Shown here in pieces: positions 53,301 through 64,000 of a stretch of 64,000 nucleotides of DNA. The position numbers were made by a program, and so were the translations under genes. Source of the DNA: Balanoglossus misakiensis (lineage: Eukaryota > Animalia > Hemichordata); assembly GCA_040954595.2 (NCBI GenBank), contig CM082583.2, positions 7,996,849 to 8,060,848 on the forward strand. The letters run 5' to 3'. Under the pieces are notes generated by a model. It saw only the letters and a list, made by a program, of their open reading frames with translations, did no database searches and was not told the DNA's origin. Within the stretch, counting starts at the first letter, position 1. Each line of letters opens with the position of its first letter.

Positions 53301-55882
53301 ACAGCGGCGCGGTGGATCCACGTCGACGTCAAGTGCGCACGCGTGAGGTAGCCAAGCTATAAATGTCCACAGTGAAATGTTACTAACCCACTTTGATGCA
53401 TTGCGTAGCATCGTAACACTTGACATCAAATTTGCGTAATTCATTCAGCGCGGCCATTCAGCGAAATTCAATACAAGAATGTCTCTGACAGAGGATGGCT
53501 CACCTGTTTTCGTCTCCGTATGTCACGACGAAGCTCGACTAAAGGGGATCTAACGCTCAGAACACTGACCGTGAAATGGATGGAACACAAACAAATTATT
53601 TACACCACACGGTGCGTACACCATTCAGACAACCACGACATTCAGTCAAGCGCACACCGGCCCCACAGTATTTTCTTAGCTGCGAAAGGTCCATGGCACA
53701 ACACGCCTGTGTTTTCCGTTATACATGTTCCTTTTGGCTGCATACAAACGGCGGATTAAATGGATCGTGTCTCCGAATTCAACTTTTTTTCTAAAGATGA
53801 CACGGAGTCACCTCCGTTCTACAGAACAAAAGACAGGAGCTGGTAATATTATTTTAGGCCATGTGGACCTGCCTGTTTGCACTGTGTTACAAAAACACAT
53901 TTGTTCTTTCGCCCTTTCCGACTTCCTAAATTCCCTTCCACTTTTTTTTTCTGTAGCTTCGATCTCACTGACATTACATTTTCTAGCAAACATTGACATT
54001 AGCAACAGCTCTTATCGCGCTATTTCATCGCGATAAAAATACTTAATACCACTCCCGTCGTCTCCGCGATATTCAACCCAGAGATCAAAGATAATCGATT
54101 AGAGTAGTAATGGGGCCAGATATGAACAAGGTTGGTCATTAAAAATAAAGAAATGTCCAGTAAATTATGCCGTGTCCGTGGATATCTCCTTTGAATCATT
54201 ATAACTGATCCCCTCCGACAAATTTGTACGGAAAATCTATTTTCTCGATCGACGGTATATTTCACCACGGTGCGATAAAATGCCCGAAATAAACTGCCGT
54301 GGTAGCACAATGGCCTTTGTGCGCAACTGATAAACCTACAATAAGAACCTAGCTCGCGAAATGTCCCCTTGGGTATACAGTATTCACTAAGATTTATAAA
54401 TGTCGTCTCTATATCTTTTCACTTCTTATGTTCAGCCGGCCTATTCAGATGCCAGTCTGAAACGAACAGAGCCGTGTCGATTTCACCAACTCGCGTTTCG
54501 CCTCTGACGAATAGCGCAACCAGAGCGCTTTTAATAAACCAGGGCACTAATTATTCCTCATCTGACGACTTCGTATAGGCGAGTACATTAATATTTATAT
54601 CCCCCTAGCTGAAGCGCCAGGCACTTCTACAAATTGAATTATATCATTCTGGTTTTCCACGCGATAGATACTGGACCCTTTATTGCACCGGGGACAGCGG
54701 TGAAAGTAATGAGTCAAGAAACCCGTGATATTACTCACAATTGGGGGGGGGAGAAATAAATCCGAGCGGCCCGAATAATTTTACGTTCAGCAATCACATC
54801 AATCGGGTGCCATTTCATCCAATCTGCGCTGCAGCTTTATTAAGAGCCAACAAATTGATTAAGTCAAATGTTAAAGATAAAAGTGATATTAGAGCAACCT
54901 GTGCTCGTTCCGGGCAGAAATCGAGGCGTTTTCACTCCTGACCTAAAACTGCAATTTCATTTGCTGCTGTGTTTAATTTATTACCCGAGAAATTGAAAGT
55001 GGAACAGGTCACCCTTTGGGGGATTCTAATGCCAAGTTTATGTGGTGAGCCACTGTAGTTTTTTCTCTTTGTCTGCGGGGTTATCTTGTTATGTTTTGAT
55101 TACCACAGCTACTAATGGGATATTAATTGGGGGGAGGGGGGTATCAATTAACATAAAACGACCTGCACTTCTTGATCCCAGTCGGTAAAAGTGCAGATAC
55201 ACAAATTGCTCGCGTGGAATAAAATCAGCTTCCTTAACATCACTAACCGCGACTCTGATTGCGGTAAACAACAGTAATTTAATAGAGGAAATTGCTCGGC
55301 AAGGCAGCAATTGCCCTCCGTAGCTGACGGGTGGGGGAAGGGCTTCGGGGAAAATGGCGCCTTTCGATCGGTGAGATTACATGTCAAGAACAATCGGCGA
55401 GGATTTTTTTAAAACGTGATGACACTTGATACGGACCCACTTAAAAGGAGGAATCTGAGATCGATGCTTGTGTTGGAGAGAGTGCTTCAACAAACCTCAG
55501 TGCGTTTGTATAGACAGACATCGTATTCCCCTCCTATACAGTTTCCGTGGTTTCAAGCTTAAGTGAGAGGAATTAAAGAGCTCCCGAGGCTGTCTTTATC
55601 GAAATTTTGATTACAATTAAAATTCGCTTTCCAGGCGTAATTATCGATGCGTTTCCCCCGGTGTAGCGGGAATCTTAATTCAGGCAAGCGCTGATGGCCG
55701 GCCCGATAAACCGAGACATGCAACCACCACCAGCGTATATAGGTGCAGCGCCGATTAAACGCAATAGCGCATTTTAACACGAACAAGTGCATGGCTAGCG
55801 GGGATTACTCACCTTGATAAAGCGCCGTTAAGATCAAGAACGCTATTAGCATCCCCTGGTGAAGTCGAATCGACGAAACCAT
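41232..55882 (-). CDS. Gene A: heteromeric-type (alpha2/3/4-like) nicotinic acetylcholine receptor subunit lacking vicinal cysteines (formally non-alpha), 6 coding exons, 516 aa
   Basis: Exons of 70+140+45+110+1036+150 = 1551 nt. This six-exon layout with a large exon 5 is typical of neuronal alpha2-6/beta2-4 genes. Cys-loop [27 protein letters not shown]2 [24 protein letters not shown]4 [14 protein letters not shown]. Confidence 0.93.
42241..42320. repeat. CT-rich low-complexity tract in gene A intron 5
   Basis: tctctctatc-type units. Confidence 0.7.
42355..43390 (-). CDS. Gene A exon 5 (1036 bp): Cys-loop, loops B/C/F, M1-M3, intracellular loop
   Basis: tttcag / gtaaga; [13 protein letters not shown]...[23 protein letters not shown]. 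Confidence 0.95.
44143..44252 (-). CDS. Gene A exon 4 (110 bp), loop A
   Basis: ttacag / gtatgt; [37 protein letters not shown]. Confidence 0.93.
46068..46112 (-). CDS. Gene A exon 3 (45 bp), loop D
   Basis: tgacag / gtaagt; [15 protein letters not shown]. Confidence 0.93.
49488..49627 (-). CDS. Gene A exon 2 (140 bp)
   Basis: tactag / gtgagt; [46 protein letters not shown]; nearby alternative in-frame acceptors exist. Confidence 0.9.
55813..55882 (-). CDS. Gene A coding exon 1 (70 bp), signal peptide
   Basis: ggcATGG context, [23 protein letters not shown], donor AAG|gtgagt, phase 1 joins exon 2 as GTG; possible acceptor ccgcag at 55959-55960. Confidence 0.85.
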
Positions 55883-56885
55883 GCCGCTGTTCTGTTCTCG
55901 TGTCTCCAGTTTGGGTTCGTGGAACGAGAAATCGAACCGACGTCGAAAAAAGTGCAGTCTGCGGCGGATATAGAAGAAAAATCTGTATTGTGAAATGCAA
56001 ACAACGGCGGGATTAGTTTGGGTATTGTGATGAAATGAAAACCACTGTTCGTCTCCCCATTCACAGCATCAGTGGACTGAGTGCAGTGAAAAAAATAAAT
56101 AATAAACCAATGTTTACATATGCAAAAGAGTTTCATTTGTGTCAGGTTGGCATACAGTCATACTCCCATATACTATATGCACAGTCATCGTGCGCGTATA
56201 CACATCCTTGCATTGTCCGACCTTCCGGCCAAAATAATACGAGCACCCGAAGAGCGCGCCCTCCCCGGGACCAAGACGCGCGGCCATTTTGTCTCATCTC
56301 CGACCAGCGACATGGCAGACCTGTCGAGTAATGACGACATGGGTTCATCGGCACCATTCGCTATACAATGTCGCTTTTACATCAATTGCAAACCGATTTT
56401 TTTTACTGAATTGAAAACGGGACCACGTAATGCGCACGCCCACACTATTGTCGTCCTTTCAAAATTGACACAAAATATCTCCGCTGTTTCCGTTTAGATT
56501 CGTCACTAATTTCATAGAAATCTCCCGAGCCACGCTTACTGTGATTTTTCTTGACAGCAAGGGCTCTGGGAATTGAGAAATTGATTTTTTTTCTTGAGAA
56601 CGATGCGTGGATTACTCAATCTTGTATGAAATGATTCGCGTCGAGGAGAAAACCGCTACTGCTTGAGAGAAAATCGACGTCACGAACGATCTCTCAAACA
56701 AGACTTCCCGGTCCCCGAGCCTGGTGGTGTGTCCGACCATGGGAAACACTGTCAAGGACATGTGACTGTGTTCAGTGTTAACACAAAGTAAACAAGCTGG
56801 TTTTGTTTCACGTACACGGGTCAAGCTTGACAGCTGGGAATGCGAGGTGGTGGGCAACAAGCAATTAGCGAGTGTCAGTTTATAC

Positions 56886-57315
56886 TTACAGCCGAAATTA
56901 TGAAAGGTCGCCGATTCAATATGTGATCTAGACGTCCTGTGTGCACTGAACACACGATGTGTTTATCTAACACAAACAACAGAACCTCTCATAAAAGAGA
57001 TGCGGTATCATTAGACTAATTACAGATGGTAGTCTGGAAACACGCTCCCCCTCAGAGAGAGTTGTTTACTTGGGTACGATGTCAAAGTTTAATCTCAAAG
57101 TGTATACGCTTTATGTTGAGAGTGTACCCAAGTAAACAACTCTCTCTGAGGGGGAGCGTGTTTCCAGACTACCATCTGTAATTAGTCTAATGATACCGCA
57201 TCTCTTTTATGAGAGGTTCTGTTGTTTGTGTTAGATAAACACATCGTGTGTTCAGTGCACACAGGACGTCTAGATCACATATTGAATCGGCGACCTTTCA
57301 TAATTTCGGCTGTAA
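56886..57315. repeat. Perfect inverted repeat: 192-bp arms with a 46-bp spacer (foldback/MITE-like or recent inverted duplication)
   Basis: 56886-57077 is the exact reverse complement of 57124-57315 on base-by-base reading. Confidence 0.95.
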
Positions 57316-60300
57316 CAGTAAAAGACAATCACCAACACTTTCACTTGTCAGAAACTTATTTGCATAAGAAAAAAACACTCATACAAAAAATAAACTTCTT
57401 AAGACGTCTCGAATATTTACGCGTTTGAAATGTGGTGCCGTTTTTTGTCGCTGTTAGTTTCTAGTAATCTAACTATAAAAATCAGTGGTATTTATTTTAC
57501 CCTCCATTCACACAAATACTGTCCCCTCAAAACATGCGACGTACTGAAACCAATACTGGAAGAATTGTCACTGTGGTTTGTTAGTTGTAGTCGCGTTACC
57601 CGTCGTTGTGCTTTGCAATGCGCGGTATTTCTAGTGAATCTCCACCAACAAAGGCAAACGCTTTTAAACGTCATGAAGAAGTTAACGGAGAAATTGATGA
57701 CGTATCCAGTAACCGCGGACAGGATTTCGTTTCAAGCGAGGCCCTTTTCCCCGACGATCGTTTCGAGTCGGTGGCGATGATGATGGAACGGTTGGCTAAA
57801 TCACTTTGACTCCGCGAGTAACGGAGTAGAAGCGAACTCCAGTTTGATTACATCGTCCATTTTGAGATCACGGGGACTTCGTGCTCCGTATTTCGTGACG
57901 TTGCATAGTAATTGGCTGTGCTTTTTTATATAAATGCGACCTTGTTTGGAGGGAGTACGTTTAACATCTCGCGCAATGACAGCAGATTCGCGCATTCTGT
58001 TGAGTCTGAATAGATTCGGACTTGTTATGACAAATTACAGCGATGTAGTATCGCGGTAACAAGCTCCAGCGACATATCATCTGTTTACCAAAGAAGAACC
58101 ACTCTGCCCGGCACTGTGACTGTGAAGTGTTAACCTCTTGTACTGAGACGTAGGTTGTCGGTTTCACATCACCAGTTCGCGGCCTGAACTGTAAACAATT
58201 GGCACGTGCCAAATTTCAGCGGAATTAGCCAGGTATACATACGCCTGTGTCGCTTATGAAGTGACGCCAGTTTGATAATTAACGTCATCGTCTGCAGAGA
58301 AATCATTCGGATGAAATAAACACACGTCTGATTTAACACTGTTGATATTTCATTGTATATTATAGTTTTATATACTTCGTCTGCGAATATCAAATATTAG
58401 CGACCTGTCTTCAAAAAATATAAAGAAATAATTTTACCTTTAGTCAGACCAAATAGTGCCTTGGTAGACCCTTTCTTTATGTTGGATATTGGTATTCCGT
58501 ACAAAGTTCCACTGCAGTGCCCAGTAGTTTGTTATTCTTCCACTCAGATGTTTCCCAAACGACCGCGTTGTCTTCTTTTATAGCGGAGAAGATATTAAAG
58601 TTGATACTGGGAGATCTCTCTTTATGCGGTGTTATTTGTGGGCGCACTAGCCTCAGTAATGTTTGGTATTTCGAGGAAGGATGTCCGCGCACACCGCGAT
58701 GTTTAAGCAGTAGTCATGTACAACACTTAGCACATCCCGGTATCGAGTGGCAGATGTCGTTTCTAGGTGAAAAAAGGGGGGAGACAGAATTAGAGGTACA
58801 CTTCTCACTGGTGAGCGATCCCCGGTCAGCGAAAGCCGATACAATGGTTAGTTACATCACAGTGGTGAGCGAAGAGTAAAGCTTAATTGATTGTCTGCTT
58901 TGGCGCAGTCTTGGAGACGCAGTCACCCCGAGCTCGGTCTGTGCAGCGCACTATCCTCTTGATGATGTGAAACTCAACACCAGTTCACATGCGGAGGACC
59001 CAGTCGTGATTTCACATCGCGTGTATCCCTTACCGTCGCGTAGGCAGACCCGGGGCACCCGGTGACCGTTTCCCGCTGGTAACACTCTACACGCAACTGT
59101 GTATATGTGTGTTGCGCGCGTCATAATCATATTCGGCGGCGGCTGCCTCGTTTTCAAACATTCGTATCACTTTTCAGAAACCTTCAGATTTGTTCACCTT
59201 CTGGCGGTAAAACGCTCAACATATTCATTATCACAATTTGTGTAGTCCTGAGCGGTCCGTGTTTTTATTACTAAGTGAATAGGCGGCGGTTTTGAAGGCA
59301 TGCGGTCACATATGCAAATTTAACCACTGTTACCATGGAAAATTCAAATATGGCCAATCAGAGATTTCAATGTGTGGCACACGCGAAAAAGTGCGCCCCA
59401 CATGGTCATTCTAACACTTAGACACGCCATTTGACCATATATAGGCATATGTAAATTAGAGGTGAACGTGTACTCCAGGGTTATGAAATCGGCCAAATAA
59501 CCGACGGCTTTTCTGGACATGGTCACATCGAATGTCAAAAGTTTTGAGACATTTTCTGAACTCATTGCAACCAATCAAAGCGTAATGGGAAATTGAAGAT
59601 CACCAGTATTTTGGCATAACTAAGGAGACAATCGGGGAACACAATTCAAACTCGCAAAAGGTGTAATATGCGAATCAGAAAACAGCGTATTTATTTCTTC
59701 CTGGCTTAAGAGAATACGTGACGAGAACCCGAAGTCAATGCACGCAACCAACAGTCGTTGATTAAAAATCTCCCGCACTCAGTAACATTCAGTGCGCGTC
59801 CAGATTGGTACATAAGTGGGGAAAACCATTTAAAATCCGTCATGATATACCCTGGAATTGGTATTTTTTAAATGAAGGAATTATTTGAACCTCGAACGTT
59901 ACATCGCCTCCCGAATTGTCCAGCAGCTGGGAGTTACAACGATCAATCTGTATCCGAATCGGAAATTTACAATTCTGGTACAAATAAAAATTTAGTCATA
60001 GAAGCCTATGTGCGGTGGAAGGACTTTATTCCTCATATCATGGACTGGGTTGTTTCAATGATTGACAGGATATTAGCATCCAATCACCATTAACCGTTTT
60101 GCCGCTAGCGATATCACTTCCTCAACGGCAATTTCACTAATATTAAAGTGTGGACTGCGACATTCCGCGATCGCGTCTCGTTTTCTTCTCGGCGTGCTAA
60201 TTACAAGTTTGAGCGACGCAAGGACAGAAATTCATGGTGGCAAGACGCGTGAAGGTCGTTTTCTTCTTGGTGTCACGCCGAAACGCGAGGACGATAGGCC

Positions 60301-60587
60301 TAATAACTCCCCACGAAGTTCACTCGGAGTGCAGTGCAGTGCGTTTGTTTAGATCGTGAGGTTTCTGTATACAAAAAGTGTCTTCCTGCGATAATGAACG
60401 CGGTGGGAGAAAGTGAGCGCGGAGGGTCAAGGTGGCTACCTGCTGTTCAAGTTCGACACGTACGGAGTGAAAGTTAAAAAGCACACTCAGCTACACGTAG
60501 TATACAGCGACCCCCCGCAAGTCAGGGGTCAGCTCTGCAACACAATAGCGACAGCCGGGCACGCGCGGAGGACGGATCCCGAGGGAC

Positions 60588-60630
60588 GGGGCATGCAGAC
60601 AACGAGGGGCATGCAGACAACGAGGGCCAT
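60588..60630. repeat. 18-bp tandem duplication
   Basis: ggggcatgcagacaacga twice plus a partial gggccat. Confidence 0.85.
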
Positions 60631-63362
60631 GGGACGCGTAGAGAATGGTGAAGCTAGCACGTAGTTACAATTTAGGAAGATGGCCGGCAAGACAAGATTT
60701 AAGCTGAAACGAAAGGGCGGATATAAGGCGAATGGGATTGATTGACAGATACAGATCAACAGTACGACACAGATACATGTAGATGGAAGACAAGATAGAA
60801 GAGTCGTCGTCTGTCATTGACAACCATGCATCGAAACTTATCGCTAATCACAGCAAATTACCCAATTGTTCATTGACATCATCCAATTTCGCGTACATGC
60901 CCCCCACGAGAAAAAAATCCGTGCTAATTCTGCTTTATCACAACAAGAGGTCGTCGCGCGCCAATTTCTTTCGGTTTTTAGTATTGTCGCAACCGAAATT
61001 GATATCGCTCGTGTCTGCCCCGCATCAAAGAACACGGCCACGTGGTGGTAATAGAAAAAAAACAATAAATTAGCTGGCAGTGATTCGGCCATCACCTCTT
61101 CTCAGGGCCGTGATATTGAGAAGTTCATGACCCACTGGCGCGTGGCAACATTCTTTCTAATTTAACGGCAAAAGGCATCTTGAAAAAAAAAAAAAAAACA
61201 GACGCACCAAAGCTGCAAGCGTGTGATTGATTGCACCTAGATTTTTTTATTTCTTTATTTAATTTTCTCTTTTGGCCACGGCTTACTCAGAGTTATTTTT
61301 ACTCCCGGCATAAAAGGAATAGTTCATGCTACCTTTAATGCTCCCTGGCATTATTCGCATTGATGCAGAGTAACTTTTGCCCGCGGGCGGTATATATGAT
61401 ATAATTCCTGTAATGTTTTCTGAATGTGTGAATATGTGCTATTAATAAATGTATTATCGCGTTGTATTTTATCGATTAGGCTCGCTCGTGCGGAAAACCT
61501 CGATGGGGGCTGGTGTCGTAGAGATGTCTTTCTGTCTGTCTGTCAGTCTGTAACTTCCGGTACGACACTAAATTTTGGTCGCACTATTAATTTTTTTATA
61601 CAGGTGCGATATATGCTCAAACATACACGATGTAGTCACGTGATTTAGGGGTCAGTAATTGATGAGAGTAAATGGATGGGCCGGATAACATTTGGAGAAT
61701 GTCCGACACGTTAAAACATGACCCTGTCCAAATGTAGCTCGGCGAAAATTTGACCATTTCCATGGCCATTGCATTGCTTAATAATGCCCATGGCCTTGTT
61801 AATGTTCAAATTAATCCTTAGACGTTTAATAGAAGATGGTCAAGGATTCGTTCAAGCAAAGGATTTCATGTAAGCATCATAGTACATGTTCAACATTTTG
61901 GGTTGGGAAACTTGATTTTGAAGGAGTTTAGTGAATACGACGCCAAAAGGATACTAAAGTTATCTTTTGATAACGATGGTAATGTGATATACACATGGAA
62001 TACTTTTTGCTTGAATATAAAATCATGAAATATATGCAAAAGGTCCCTGGCCATGGGATTTTTTAAGAATGGTTTTACAAACACAGTTATACGTACGTGC
62101 TTAGGATCACAGACTTTGAATGAGCGCTGAATAAATCGTAGTCTCCCTTGGGTGCATGGAGGTGTTGACTGTTTATTACACACGATGTTGCACATTTGAC
62201 ACTGAAATTTAAAAAAAAATGATAAAAAGCTTAGATTGCAGGATTTTCTTCAGTAGAATACACACCTGAAAGTCTAAAACATTTTAGAACAAATTAGCAT
62301 TTTTATTAATTTTGCCGACAGGGCAGACGAATTTTGATTTGATCTGTCCCCTGATAATATAACGGTGTAAGGGAGCGTTAAGCAATGAAGGCGCCGTCGA
62401 CGGGAGAAATTCAAAGGAGGGTCACGTTTTTTCAACTTTAGGGGTGCATTTTACTGTTGTAGGTTGAAAGATTGAATTTCCTTCAAAATATTACGGGCTG
62501 TAGGCCTAAGTGAAGGATTTATGTCGATGTTCTATACAGTAGAGGCAAGAATTGACACTAAATGTTCATTTGCCCACTTTCAGACCCTGTCCAATTATTG
62601 TCAATTTTGTTTTCAAATTTGTTATTTCACATTTTAAAAATGCCTTTGCAAGTTGGACTGCACGGTATGCATTAAAGATTGTATTAGAACAACGCGAAAA
62701 TCGCGAGGCGTATTGCCTTTGCAAAATAACCAATTGCTCGCTATCGAATATCAAATAGTCGACATATGATATGCATCAATCTCAGTGGACTTTATACAGT
62801 ACTAATTTCTTTTTAAAAGGGACGGTTTTTAAAGGACAATAAGCAGCAGTCAAATTGTATCATATAAACATATTAATCTGTACACCATCAGACTTTGAAG
62901 CAGAGGTGGGACTGCCGACGGAGGTGACCCAGCCCCTATGTTTCAGATACTATCAGTCAGCGGCAAACGGTATCGATCAAAAGAAAATAAAAGCATTTAA
63001 CCCCTTGCACCATGCGATCGCCGTGAGACGTGATAATTTCTCTGTCCAGACGGCGGTCGGTAATACGAATGCCCGTATCCGACAGACACGCCGAGTCAAC
63101 TTAATTTCATGAAAACCGTTCGGCCGTGTTTGAAGCGACATGGATTCCACCCTTCAATAACACAGAGGTCACGAACGAAAACTTTCCTACCAACTTTGAT
63201 ATCTTCAGACCGTAAGCGGATCTGAATGCGTTAAGTGGACAGACTCGGGTTTACATTGCGTTCTACTTGTTCCGTCTTTGTTACAGTGGGCGAGAAGGAT
63301 TTCCCTTGGGAGTCACTACTGTTCATCTTGTACTTTCTTAAGGGTCAGGATTTGTGGCATAC

Positions 63363-63631
63363 CTGCGCACTGACGCGCGGCTAGAGAATGGCGAGGCGAG
63401 TTTGCGCGTGAATGGTTTGCTATGATCGGTCGAGGAGCACGAGTGACGGCGAAGACGAGTTCGCAGCGTTCGTTGACTCCTTGGTGGCGAAGTATGCACA
63501 CGGCTCCCAGAACGTAAACACATTAGTAACTGTGTTTGATGGACACGGCAGGAACCGCGTGCGACAGACAACGCCCAGCGCGCTTGTTTCCAGTGGAAAA
63601 GATCGAGCTCGCTCGGGATCCATCCTTTATA
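63363..63631 (-). promoter_or_regulatory. Candidate TATA promoter and non-coding first exon of gene A
   Basis: TATAAAGG (minus strand, 63631-63624), then a CpG-rich stretch of about 240 nt ending in CAG|gtatgc at 63363/63362; inference only. Confidence 0.35.
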
Positions 63632-64000
63632 AAGACCACTTTGCCCTCACACCGACTCGTTTTGCTGTTAAAGTTGCTATTAAGTGAAGATGACTTAAAA
63701 TGAATGAGAGGAGTGGGAAGACACGATGAAGGACTGGACAAGTGGTGTCCGTGAAGGATCGACCTGTCACAGTTTGAATTCAAAGAATTCCCGCAACGAA
63801 ACGGTGTGGTATCAAATAGCACATGTCAAATTAATAATGGAGACGTATTTTGTCATTGACAAATAAACAAACGTGTTGTATGGAGGCGCATGTTACCTTA
63901 AGAATTTGAAAAAAAAAAGTGACAGATTCGCGGCCTGAATATCAGAGAGCGCAACACGTACCTGTGTAACGTATTTTAATCAATATAAAAAGCAATGTGC

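Noticed and set aside
63412-63687. 91-aa plus-strand ORF near the right edge
   Set aside because: No recognisable homology; better explained as the antisense of a GC-rich promoter or leader region.

Overview
Eukaryotic, intron-rich animal genomic DNA (roughly 39-40% GC with frequent TACATGTA motifs). This looks like a marine invertebrate, possibly a hemichordate or other invertebrate deuterostome, but the species cannot be fixed from the sequence. The window holds a head-to-tail cluster of three nicotinic acetylcholine receptor (Cys-loop) subunit genes, all on the minus strand. I rebuilt the exons by hand from GT-AG sites and phase. Gene A (55882->41232, 6 coding exons, 516 aa) is a heteromeric alpha2/3/4-type subunit. 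It has lost the alpha-defining vicinal cysteines (loop C YPSS) and the loop A tyrosine. Gene B (30976->9299, 9 coding exons, 500 aa) is a complete alpha7-type subunit (YPCC). Gene C (4948->2207) is a second alpha7-type paralog; only exons 1-2 were found and it runs off the left edge. Notable extras: a perfect 192-bp inverted repeat 1 kb upstream of the gene A ATG, sharply bounded GC3-rich exon segments shared between paralogs, candidate alternative first exons, and clustered CRE and CTCF-like motifs. Almost all other ORFs in the supplied track are non-coding noise. No prokaryotic operon, CRISPR array, rRNA or tRNA was seen.
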